The position numbers were made by a program, and so were the translations under genes. The notes under the pieces were generated by a model, which ran no database searches, was not told the origin of the DNA, and saw only the letters and a list, made by a program, of their open reading frames with translations. This document shows positions 1 through 9,657 of a stretch of DNA of 26,537 nt, piece by piece. Each line of letters opens with the position of its first letter. Position 1 is the stretch's first letter. This stretch comes from an uncultured delta proteobacterium. GTDB lineage: Bacteria > Desulfobacterota > Desulfobacteria > Desulfobacterales > Desulfatirhabdiaceae. The stretch is taken from positions 1 to 26,537 of the forward strand of contig CAWBKP010000018.1 of the NCBI GenBank assembly GCA_963789395.1, in the 5' to 3' direction.

Positions 1-304
1 CACCTGATGCAGTCCATAGCAGGTCATCTGACGATTTTCCTGACGCGGACGCGCGGTCCGTTCTGGTCTGTACGCCCCGCACGGTACTACGGGTCGCCGT
101 GCTTGGTAGCAAATTTTAGCGACTTTGATAGCGGTATATGGACTGTTTATGACGCCCATCGGATGGGGCTGGGCACTGTTCGTTTGGGGCTATGCGCTGA
201 TCTGGTTTCTGTTGAACGACTGTCTGAAGCTGCTCGCGCATCGGGTGTTCGATCCAGATGCCGAATCCCTGTTGCCCATAAAATCAGGACCCTCTCTGTT
301 TTAG
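1..304 (+). CDS. C-terminal end of a plasma-membrane proton-efflux P-type ATPase (type IIIA); partial, frameshifted
   Basis: Joining frames gives SIAGHLTIFLTRTRGPFWSVRPAR / VLRVAVLGS / ILATLIAVYGLFMTPIGWGWALFVWGYALIWFLLNDCLKLLAHRVFD..., typical of the last TM helices of bacterial H+-ATPases. Stop TAG at 302-304; the 5' part lies outside the window. Confidence 0.85.
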
Positions 305-795
305 GCGGGCACGTTCAATTTTGAGTTAATATTGTCCAAAATGTTTCTCACATTAACAAGAAGTATATTATTCCATCTATATTCCGAAGGGTTGTCGAGT
401 TTATTGTGGCAATAAGATTTGAACGTGCTGGAAAGAAGTGCATTGACATTGGAATCTTGGGCAGGAACAATCAGGAACTTGCGCCCAAGGTTAGGCGAAT
501 CCAGAACTATAAAGGCAATCAGATCATTTATCGCTTTTTCAGGATTGTTCGTCGAAAATTCGTTCCATACCTTAATCGCTTCCCCTGCAACCTCACAGGA
601 AACGGAGCATTCCTCAATCAGATGCCTGAATAATGCGATGGAATAAATATCTTCCAGAGTGAATTCCTCGGGTGTCATGGAATCTTTGATTGTTTCGATG
701 CCTGCCTTGATGTAACCCCTTGAGAGCCATTCATTAAGGCATCCTCTTGTTATGTCAACGGTCCTCAAAACATCTTCCAACAGGTAATTTTCCAT
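301..795 (-). CDS. MerR-like helix-turn-helix domain protein
   Basis: GGAGG RBS before the ATG at 795. The N-terminus YLLEDVLRTVDITRGCLNEWLSRGYI...FTLEDIYSIALFRHL fits the MerR-type winged HTH pattern; the C-terminal half is not recognised. Confidence 0.65.
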   Translation of the reverse strand: MENYLLEDVLRTVDITRGCLNEWLSRGYIKAGIETIKDSMTPEEFTLEDIYSIALFRHLIEECSVSCEVAGEAIKVWNEFSTNNPEKAINDLIAFIVLDSPNLGRKFLIVPAQDSNVNALLSSTFKSYCHNKLDNPSEYRWNNILLVNVRNILDNINSKLNVPA

Positions 796-818
796 TGCTG
801 CCTCCAGATTTATAGATC

Positions 819-980
819 TCAACAACATTTGTCTGCAGGAAAATAGCAGGGATCTTCATAGCGCCCATCCGGATCTACGACATAGCAACAGCATATGTTC
901 GTGTTTCCGTCGTTGTCCATCTCATTCATTGCGCATGAATCCTCTTCTTTTTTTTTAGTCGATTTGTCTTCGGTTTCCAT
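819..980 (-). CDS. Small acidic Cys-rich hypothetical protein (53 aa, 7 Cys including CCC and a terminal CC)
   Basis: Strong RBS AAGGAGGGG before the ATG at 980; METEDKSTKKKEEDSCAMNEMDNDGNTNICCCYVVDPDGRYEDPCYFPADKCC; lies directly upstream of the HTH gene. Confidence 0.65.
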   Translation of the reverse strand: METEDKSTKKKEEDSCAMNEMDNDGNTNICCCYVVDPDGRYEDPCYFPADKCC

Positions 981-1264
981 ATAAACGACCCCTCCTTCTG
1001 AATCGGTTCGCGAATCCAACATGATTCGAAAGAAAGATTCACATTACTTTCTCGCATGATCAAAGTTTTGTTTATAAATTTCAAATCTGACATCGGAATT
1101 GTTTTCGCCGTAACGCTTCATCATCAACTTCATCAAGTTAAATTATTAAAAATAATCATTTCGCGAGCGACAAGTCTGTCATCAGTCTCTGTTTGCGATC
1201 CACGATTTTACACGCTTAAAATCCAGCGAAGTCGCAATATGGGAACCGAAATAACTGCCCCTGT

Positions 1265-1441
1265 CTATGCGATAAGGCAATTATGCATATTCCGCACGAT
1301 TTCTTTGGCAACTTTGTGATAACATTTTCGATGACTTTTATAGCTGTCAGAACAGTAGTCACATGACCACTCAGCGTTCTGAAGCCGTTTTTTTTCACTC
1401 AGGCAACGTTTTCGTGCTGTATTTGATAGTTGATTATTCAT
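1265..1441 (-). CDS. Small Cys/His-rich hypothetical protein (58 aa; absent from the ORF track)
   Basis: RBS GGGGAGGTG before the ATG at 1441; manual translation MNNQLSNTARKRCLSEKKRLQNAEWSCDYCSDSYKSHRKCYHKVAKEIVRNMHNCLIA*, with TAG at 1267-1265. Confidence 0.65.
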   Translation of the reverse strand: MNNQLSNTARKRCLSEKKRLQNAEWSCDYCSDSYKSHRKCYHKVAKEIVRNMHNCLIA

Positions 1442-1630
1442 TTCGACACCTCCCCTCGATCATCCTCGGATTCGGTTATCCGTTGGATAGTTGTCTGATT
1501 CAACAGATGATATACACAAACCCTATAATTAATAATTAATCATCAATTCGAATTTATAAAGTGGATGGCGGACTCATGCCAGGGCGCAATCAGCAGCAAA
1601 CAAAGGTACTGCCTTATTGTATGGAGAAAA

Positions 1631-1766
1631 GCACCATAAAGTTATATTACGTCCAAAATTGCACACCACAATGACCGGTGTAATTATCTGAATCTTTGAC
1701 TGTGAATAGTCCAAAATTGACTATTTGAATCCCGGCATCCCCTTCAGCGAACTATCCAAAATGTAC
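1631..1766 (+). promoter_or_regulatory. Putative upstream activator sequences for a sigma54 enhancer-binding protein (three TCCAAAAT boxes)
   Basis: GTCCAAAATTGCAC (1651-1664), palindrome AATAGTC-CAAAATT-GACTATT (1705-1725) and ATCCAAAATGTAC (1754-1766). The same boxes recur at 13654 and 13765. Confidence 0.7.
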
Positions 1767-1832
1767 GCACCTTATCTTAATATTCATATTTAATTCAGTA
1801 TGTTTAATAGATTTGTCATCTTCCGGCTCATT

Positions 1833-1848
1833 TGGCACCCTCTTTGCT
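1833..1848 (+). promoter_or_regulatory. Sigma54 (RpoN) -24/-12 promoter of dfx
   Basis: TGGCAC-CCTCT-TTGCT matches the consensus TGGCAC-N5-TTGCW, about 90 bp before the dfx start, preceded by an AT-rich IHF-like tract at about 1780-1806. Confidence 0.85.
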
Positions 1849-1935
1849 CTTATCCAATGTCAGGACTGTTGGATAAGCGTTTGGTGAAAACGGACCATTT
1901 TTCGTAACAACTATTCGAGCAAAAGAGGAGGGTGT

Positions 1936-2310
1936 ATGGCTGAGAAACTTCAAGTTTATAAATGTGAAATTTGCGGCAATATCGTTGAAGTCCTTCATGG
2001 CGGCGACGGCGAACTGGCGTGCTGCGGTCAGCCCATGAAACTTATTGTTGAAAACACCGTGGATGCCGCAAAGGAAAAGCATGTTCCAGTTATTGAAAAA
2101 GTTCCGGGCGGCTTCAAGGTAAAAGTCGGCAGCGTCGCTCACCCCATGGAAGAAAAACATTTTATCGAATGGATTGAGATCACTGCTGACGGCAACGCCT
2201 ATCGGCAGTTTTTGTGTCCGGGCATGGTTCCTGAAGTCACCTTTATGCTCGATGCCGCAACCGTTACGGCAAGAGAGTATTGTAACATCCATGGCCTTTG
2301 GAAAGCATAA
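1936..2310 (+). CDS. dfx: Desulfoferrodoxin (2Fe superoxide reductase)
   Basis: Desulforedoxin domain CxxC...CC (YKCEICGN...LACCGQPM) plus SOR centre II motifs EKHVP, HPMEEKH and CNIHGLW; RBS GAGGAGG. Confidence 0.97.
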   Translation: MAEKLQVYKCEICGNIVEVLHGGDGELACCGQPMKLIVENTVDAAKEKHVPVIEKVPGGFKVKVGSVAHPMEEKHFIEWIEITADGNAYRQFLCPGMVPEVTFMLDAATVTAREYCNIHGLWKA

Positions 2311-2410
2311 CAGAGCAAAACCACTCTCGGTTCAACTTGACAGAAATAAATTTTAATTACCAGAGCGGCGGGAAAGAATAAAAGGATACCCGCCACTACA
2401 CATTGTTATC

Positions 2411-2462
2411 GCATCACCCCCGACTGCCGACCCTGCAGTAATTTGTCGGCAGTCGGTGATGC
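2411..2462. other. Strong intergenic stem-loop
   Basis: CCGACTGCCGAC (2420-2431) pairs perfectly with GTCGGCAGTCGG (2445-2456) and the stem is extended by GCATCA/TGATGC; no U-tract follows. Confidence 0.6.
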
Positions 2463-2487
2463 AAATGAATATCTGGAGATAGCAACC

Positions 2488-2751
2488 ATGTTAAAAACAC
2501 CAAAAGAAATCAAACGAGATATTTTAGGTAAGTTTCGGTCTCAGGCAAATGACTTTGATGCTTTGGATACATTTGATACGACTCCATCAAAGTTAATATT
2601 GAAAGACTACTGGCAACTGCTGACGACACAGGAAAAAGGCAATTTTAATAAGGCTGTATCCGATCTGATTGATAAAGGGCTGATTAATAGAGTGAACAGC
2701 AACATTCCGTCCTTCAGGCTGACGGACAAGGGCGCCGATTTAATTTACTGA
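2488..2751 (+). CDS. Small hypothetical protein, probable winged-helix fold (87 aa)
   Basis: RBS GGAG before the ATG at 2488; the C-terminus AVSDLIDKGLINRV...FRLTDKGADL has the helix-wing pattern of wHTH proteins. Confidence 0.6.
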   Translation: MLKTPKEIKRDILGKFRSQANDFDALDTFDTTPSKLILKDYWQLLTTQEKGNFNKAVSDLIDKGLINRVNSNIPSFRLTDKGADLIY

Positions 2752-2825
2752 ATAGATTCATTCCCGGATTGCGCTTATTCCCGGTTTTTCGATTGCGGCT
2801 GATTTTCAAGAAAGAGGATTAAAAG

Positions 2826-3397
2826 ATGAACAGAATGGAAAGCATTTTGGCTGTCGGAATATTATCTTTTTTTTTTCTGACCGGAGCATCTTCCCCGATC
2901 GAATGTTCTCAAAATCGGTATAATAGATCTTCAAAAAATCCTCGATCGTTTCCGAAGCCGGCAAGACGGCACAGATGGAGATCAACAAAAAGGGAATGCA
3001 GATGGAAGCCGATCTTATAGACAAAGGCAGGGAAATTGATGCAATTGAAAAGGAGATCACATCGGGACTCTCTGGTCATGAGTCAAGCAGTCTGGAAAGA
3101 GAAACAGCGGCGAAAAAGAATCAAGATTGCCGATTACAAGGCCCTTCAGAAGAAATATTTGCAAGATTTTAAGGAACTTGAGGATCGCATCACCCGCCGC
3201 ATTCAAAATGAAGTTGTAGAATTGCTTGAAGATATCGGGAAAAAACGGTGGCTATGCAATGATTATTGAAAAGCGAGCAGGCGGGGTTGTCTATTCGCCT
3301 GCATGCCATGGATATTACCGATTCTGTGATTCGAATCTACAATAACAAGTTCCAGAAATCTGTATTCAGGAAAAAATTTAGATCCGGTCATTCCTGA
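2826..3397 (+). CDS. skp: OmpH/Skp family periplasmic chaperone (several frameshifts)
   Basis: Signal peptide MNRMESILAVGILSFFFLTGASS; joined frames give IDLQKILD...EAGKTAQMEINKKG...QDFKELEDRITRRIQNEVVELLEDIGKK.GYAMIIEKRAGGVVYS...MDITDSVIRIYN, the OmpH pattern. Confidence 0.8.
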
Positions 3398-3537
3398 TCT
3401 TTATCAAATGGGGAAAATACAGGCAAAGTTAACTGTTTCCGATCCTGCCCAAGGAACGGAATTTTAACGTCTTCATCAAATAAAGAGGGCATTCAAGAAA
3501 ACTGCATCCCATTATCAAGAGATCAGGAGGATTTATC

Positions 3538-6320
3538 ATGGCAGGACATCCCAACAGCTTTGGCGCCCGATCCATACTGAAAACGGATGAAGGCCAGTTA
3601 ACCTGCTACAGCCTGAGCTTGCTCGAAAAGGCCGGCTTTTCGGGTATCGACCGGCTTCCTTACAGCATTCGAATCCTTCTGGAAAATCTGCTGCGGCATG
3701 AAGACGGCGTTCTGGTCACCTCCCGGGATATCGAGAAAATGGCCTTGTGGGGACAGGCCGGCCAGTCCGCCGGCGAGGTGCCGTTCATGCCGGCAAGGGT
3801 GCTGCTTCAGGATTTCACGGGCGTGCCGGCGATTGTGGATCTGGCGGCCATGCGGGATGCGGCCCAGCGGCTTTACGGCAACTGCTCGAAAATCAATCCG
3901 CTGATACCCGCCGAACTCGTGATCGACCATTCGGTTCAGGTGGATGTTTTTGGATCCTCGGATGCTGCTTCCCGGAACACGGAATTCGACTACCTCCGAA
4001 ATTCCGAACGCTATGCATTTCTGCGCTGGGGGCAAAAGAGCTTTCAGAATTTCAGCGTGGTGCCCCCTGCCACCGGCATCTGCCACCAGGTCAATCTGGA
4101 ATACCTGGCAAGAGGGGTCTGCGTGGGAGACAGCCCCCTGGGGCCGGTGGCTTATCCGGATACGCTTGTCGGCCTGGACTCCCACACCACCATGATCAAC
4201 AGCCTGGGGGTTCTGGGATGGGGGGTCGGCGGCATCGAGGCCGAGGCCGTCATGCTGGGAAGGCCTTATTATCTGCTGACGCCTCAGGTGATCGGTTTTA
4301 AACTGGAGGGGAAACCCGCCAGAGGCACCACGGCAACCGATCTGGTGCTGACGATCACGCAGATGCTGCGAAAAAAAGGCGTGGTGGGAAAATTCGTCGA
4401 GTTTTTCGGCCCCGGCGTTCTGGAACTCAGTCTCGAGGACCGGGCAACCATCGCCAACATGTCCCCTGAATACGGCGCCACCATGGGTTTTTTCCCCGTG
4501 GATGAAAAAACCCTTCGCTACCTTCGGTTGACCGGAAGACCTGAAAAAACGCTCCGTCTGGTCGAAGCCTACTGCAAAACCCAGGGGCTTTTCCGCTCCG
4601 ATGCTTCGCCGGTCCCGGTTTACAGCGACACCGTCAGCCTGAATCTGGAAAGCATCGAACCCTGCCTGGCCGGCCCCAAACGCCCTCAGGACCGGGTGCT
4701 TCTCAAAGAAATGAAACCGGTTTTCGATAAATTCTTCTGGAGTCATGCGGCGTAGAGCCCAGGCCGCATGGGATGATGGCATCATGGGAGCATGAAGGCG
4801 GCAGGCCGTCCGCTGGAAGAACCCGATGAAGCAAGCGATGACGTCCTGTATGCTTCCGCAGAAAAAAGGCATCGAAATCACCCTTGACGGCATACCGGTG
4901 GAAATCGATCATGGGGCCGTGGTGATCGCCGCCATCACAAGCTGCACCAACACCTCCAACCCGTCCGTCCTGATGGCGGCAGGGCTTCTGGCCAAACGGG
5001 CCGTGGAACTGGGGCTGTCCGTCAAGCCCTGGGTCAAAACGAGCCTTGCGCCCGGCTCCAAAGTGGCCATTGACTATCTGGCATCCGCCGGGCTCCTGCC
5101 GTACCTGGAACGCCTGGGTTTTTATCTGGTCGCCTTCGGATGCACCACGTGTATCGGCAACAGCGGACCGCTGGACGATGCCATTTCGCAGGCCATCAAG
5201 GACCATGATCTGGTTGTGGCATCCGTGCTGAGCGGAAACCGCAATTTCGAGGGCAGAATCAATCCCCTGACCCGGATCAATTACCTGGCATCCCCTCCCC
5301 TTGTCGTTGCGTACGCCATTGCCGGAACCGTGGATATCCAATTTGAAACCGAGCCCCTGGGATGGGCCGGCGATGGAGCCCCGGTCTATCTCAAGGACAT
5401 CTGGCCTTCTTTTGAAGAAATCCAGGAAAAGGTCGCGGCCTTCAACACCCCGGACCGCTATCAAAACGCCTATGCGACGGTTTTTGACGGAGACGCCAGA
5501 TGGCAGTCCCTGCCCACTCCCGAGTATTCCATTTATCCCTGGAGCAAGACATCCACCTACATCAAGGAGCCGCCTTTTTTCAGCCACACCACCCCCGAAG
5601 CCTGAACCCATCCGGGACATTCAGGGCGCAAGGGTCCTGGCCCTGCTGGGAGACAGCGTCACCACCGATCACATTTCTCCGGCAGGCGCCATTCCGGCCA
5701 ACAGCCCCGCGGGAAAATACCTGATCCCCCAGAACATATCGCCGCCGGATTTTAATTCCTACGGCGCCCGGCGCGGCAACCACGAAGTGATGATGCGGGG
5801 AACCTTTGCCAATATCCGGCTTCAAAACAGGATGGTTCCGGGCGTGGATGGCGGATGGACCCTGTGGCTGCCGGATGGCGAAAAAATGACCATTTACGAT
5901 GCGGCCATGAAATACCGGGAAAGGTGCACGCCGCTGCTGGTTCTGGCCGGAAAAGAATACGGCACCGGAAGCTCCCGGGACTGGGCCGCCAAGGGCACCC
6001 TGCTTCTGGGGATCCGGGCCGTTATCGCGGAGAGCTTTGAGCGGATTCACCGAAGCAATCTGGTCTGCATGGGGGTTCTGCCGCTGCAGTTCAAACCCGG
6101 CGACAGCCATGAATCCCTTGGCCTGACCGGAACCGAAACCTACCAGATCACGGGGATCGCATCGGATCTTTCCCCCGGAAAAGAATTGACGGTCATCGCT
6201 GAACACCCGGACGGCGGACAAGTCCGGTTCCAGGTCATTGCCCGGCTGGATTCTCCGGTTGAAGTCACTTATTACCAGCATGGCGGCATCCTCAATTACG
6301 TGCTTCGCGGCATGGTCTGA
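3538..6320 (+). CDS. acnA: Aconitate hydratase A (split by frameshifts near 4740-4830 and 5600)
   Basis: Motifs [74 protein letters not shown] and [21 protein letters not shown]; three ORF pieces (3538-4755, 4826-5605, 5301-6320). Confidence 0.95.
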
Positions 6321-6533
6321 TGCAGCGTATAAACTTTCAACGGAATGTTTTACAGAGTGTAGCCCCTTTCAAAAAGAAATCAAGCCGATCATCTGGACAT
6401 GAGAGCAGATACAGAAGAAACCATGGATCTGATCGGAAAGGCTACGCCTTTTTCCATCCCCGGTTAACCAAAACACGTGTGCGGGTTGTAACGGAGCCTG
6501 TGCTTACAATGATGCGCTCACGAATATGCAGAG

Positions 6534-6571
6534 AAAAAGAGGCAACTGTCGATTCAGTTGCCTCTTTTTTT
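6534..6571 (+). terminator. Rho-independent terminator (potentially bidirectional)
   Basis: AAAAAGAGGCAACTG-TCGATT-CAGTTGCCTCTTTTTTT: a perfect inverted repeat with A/T tracts downstream of acnA. Confidence 0.85.
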
Positions 6572-6714
6572 GTAACTGTTCGGATTCAAATATCGCATTT
6601 TCCGGCAGACAATATTTTGTTGACTTAACGTATTAAAATCATACAGATTATTGTCAGCATGTTCTTATAAACGAACCAGCGACATGCATAAGCGACAATA
6701 CCTGAAGTCATGGC

Positions 6715-9657
6715 ATGGATACGCGGCAAATGCTTCGTTTACTTAACAACACCCGGTTTATCTGGTTGCCCATTCCGCTGCTGCTCGCGGCCATGGCAAT
6801 CCTGTGGGCGGCGGACCTGCGTACGGCGCATGAGTCGCCGCTCCTGCTGCTCCCGCTCAACTTCCTTTGCACGACCCTGGCCTCCGTGCTGGTGGTCATC
6901 CTGATCGGGAAGAGCTTTATCCGGAGCGGGGCGCCGGGGCTGTTGATGCTGGGGTGCGGCGTAATCATTCTGGGGCGTTGCAGCGACATTCGGGGCCGCC
7001 GCATTGGGGCATGGGATCAATGCCACCGTCACCGTTCACAACACCCTGGCCTGGCTTGCGGCGATCTGCCACCTCTCGGGCGTCGTTCTGTCCCTGAAAG
7101 CCGTACCGGACGATGCGCATGCCGGGGTTGGCACTGGCGCTTGACTTATGCCGGCACATTTTGCCTGTCATGGCTGGTGGATGTTCTGACGATGGAGGGC
7201 ATGACACCGCTTTTCTTCGTGCAAGGTCATGGCGGCACACCGGTCCGTCAGTTCGTGCTCGGCTCGGCCATAGTCATGTTCGGGATATCCGGCTGCTGAG
7301 CTCTGGTGGATGAATCGCCCTTCGCCATCGGCATTTGTTCAATGGTACGCGGGCGCGTTGCTGCTGGTGGCGATCGGACTGCTCGGCGTTATGATCCAGC
7401 CGTGTTCGGGGGCGCGTTGTGCTGGACCGGACGGGCCGCGCAGTATCTCGGCGGAATCTATATGCTGATGGCGGCCATTGCAGCGGTGCGCGAGTCCGGC
7501 ATGAAGGATTATCGCTGTCGGCGGCGCTGCGCGAGGCCCAGCAGAACTACCGCGCACTGGTGGACCTGTCCCCGGATGCCATCGCCGTGCATACCGACGG
7601 CAAGTACGTATTTGTCAACCCGGCTGCCGTTCACTGTTCGGTGCAACGGGACCGGAAGATCTTGTCGGGCGAGAGGTGCTCAGCCTGGTCCACCCGGAAG
7701 ATCGCGAGGCGGTTGCCGCCCGCATGCGCTTGTCGCTGGCGGATGGCAGGACCGCAATGGACAGGCAGTTGCGCATTCTTCGCCTGGATGGCCGGCCCGT
7801 GGACGTGGAATCGGCCGGCGCCCGCATCGAGTTCCTGGGCCGTCCGGCCGTGCAGCTTGTCCTTCGCGATATTACCGAGATCAAGCGGATCAATGCGGCT
7901 GAGGCAAAGCGAGGAGCGCTACCGGATTGTTGCTAATTTCACTTACGACTGGGAATTCTGGATCACTCCGGATGGACGCTGTCGAGATATATCTCCCCGT
8001 CGGTTGAACGCATCACCGGCCGCACGCCCGGTTGCGGCACCATGGCCGAGGAGTTCATTCGTCTCATCGTTCATCCGAGGATCTGGATCGGCGGCTGACA
8101 CATTTGCGGGAAGATCTCTCCGGCTTCTGCACCGGGGAAATGGAGTTTCGGATTGTGCTCCCAGACGGCCAGGTGCGCTGGCTTCACCACGTTTGTCAGC
8201 CCATCAAAGACGATAACGGACGTTTTCTCGGGACACCGGGGCTCGAACCGGGACATCACCGATCGCATAAGAAATTGCGCTGCGCGAGAGCGAGCAGCGC
8301 TTCAGGCTTGCCCTCAAGAACGCACCGGTCACGGTGGCAGCGCAAAATAAAGATCTGCGTGTCATCTGGGCGTATAACCAGCGTACGATCGAACCCGAGA
8401 ATGCGCTCGGCAAAACCGACAGCGAGCTGTTCGCGCCCGAAGATGTGCCGCGGCTCCTGGCCCTCAAACGGCAGGTGATGGAAACAGGACGGGAACTGAG
8501 CGAGAAACTCTGGGTCACCAGCAATGGCAGGCGGATATTCCTTGACCTGTACATCGAACCCTTGCGCAACGCGGACGGGGAGGTGGCCGGCGTTTGGCTC
8601 GGCCACATTGGACATGACGCAGATGAAACTTGCCGAAGAGGCCTTGCGCGCAAGCGAGGATCGATACTGGTCACTGTTCAGCGGCATGACAGAGGGATTT
8701 GCCTTGCATGAAATCATCACCGACGACCAGGGCCGGCCGTGCGATTGGCGGTTCCTTGACGTAAACCCGGCCTTCGAGCGTTTGACCGGACTGAGACGGG
8801 AAGATGTGATCGGCAGGACACACAACGAGGTTCTGCCCGACGACGATCCGAAGTGGCTGCGTTTGTACGGGGCGGTCGCACTCACCGGCGAGCCGGTCCA
8901 GTTCGACAACTACTCGCCGGCCCTCCAGAGACATTACGAGGTTCTTGCCTATCGCCCCGCGCCCGGCCAGTTCGCGGTGATCTTCATGGATATCACCGAA
9001 CGCAAGCACGCCGAGGAGCGGATCAAGGCATCGCTGACCGAAAAGGAAGTGCTGATAAAAGAGATTCATCACCGGGTAAAAAACAACCTCCAGGTCATCT
9101 CCAGCCTGATCAGTCTGCAGGCTGACAGCCTGTCCGACGAACGGTTGCAAAGGGTGCTCGGTGATGTGCGCGACCGGGTCCGAACGATGGCGCTGGTGCA
9201 CGAGAAACTCTATCAGACGGAGGATCTGGCACGGTTGGACTTTGCCGAATATGCACCCGGATTGCTGCAATATCTCTGGAGCGCCCACGGCGCTGCTACC
9301 CGGAACATACATCTCAACATATCGATCGCACCATTAATTTTGCCGGTCGAGATGGCGGTGCCTTGCGGATTGATCCTGAACGAACTATGCAGTAACGCCA
9401 TCAAACACGCCTTTCCAAACGGCGACGGTGAGGTTACCGTGACCCTGGAGCATGATCCGGCTACCGGAGACGTCTGCCTTCGGGTGTGTGACAACGGTGT
9501 CGGCCTTCCTGAGGATCTGGACTGGCGGCAACCCGCATCGCTCGGTCTGCGTCTGGTGCAAATTCTGGCCGGCCAGATGTGCGGCACGGTGCAAACCGGT
9601 CCCGGTCCCGAAACGGGATTCATTATCAAATTTAATGTAAATGGAACCCCATCATGA
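6715..9657 (+). CDS. Membrane-bound multi-PAS sensor histidine kinase, HisKA_2 type (multiple frameshifts)
   Basis: Hydrophobic multi-pass N-terminus (6715 to about 7500); about four PAS/PAC segments (YRALVDLSPDAI..., YRIVANFTYDWEFW..., FRLALKNAPV..., YWSLFSGMTEGFAL...); H-box KEIHHRVKNNLQVISSL; NELCSNAIKHAF, DNGVG, SLGLRLV. Confidence 0.85.

Noticed and set aside
7..324. 105-aa ORF as a standalone gene
   Set aside because: Only its first ~25 residues are real; it is a frameshifted piece of the H+-ATPase C-terminus.
334..346. GTCCAAAATGTTT as another enhancer box
   Set aside because: It lies inside a coding region, the right half-site is poor, and I see no sigma54 promoter nearby.
810..821. 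Selenocysteine read-through at the CC-TGA end of the 53-aa peptide
   Set aside because: No SECIS-like hairpin follows and a TAA comes two codons later.
1216..1398. 60-aa minus-strand ORF
   Set aside because: It overlaps the better-supported 1265-1441 ORF in another frame and has no RBS.
1566..1582. Minus-strand sigma54 promoter (TGGCATGAGTCCGCC)
   Set aside because: The GG-to-GC spacing is 9 rather than 10 and the TTGC element is absent.
3598..6281. Long antisense ORFs opposite acnA (similar ones opposite the kinases, pdh and the oxidoreductase)
   Set aside because: Shadow ORFs of GC-rich coding sequence with no recognisable motifs.
6320..6628. 102-aa ORF or riboswitch after acnA
   Set aside because: The ORF runs through the terminator and lacks protein-like features; only weak stems are present and no aptamer consensus is recognisable.
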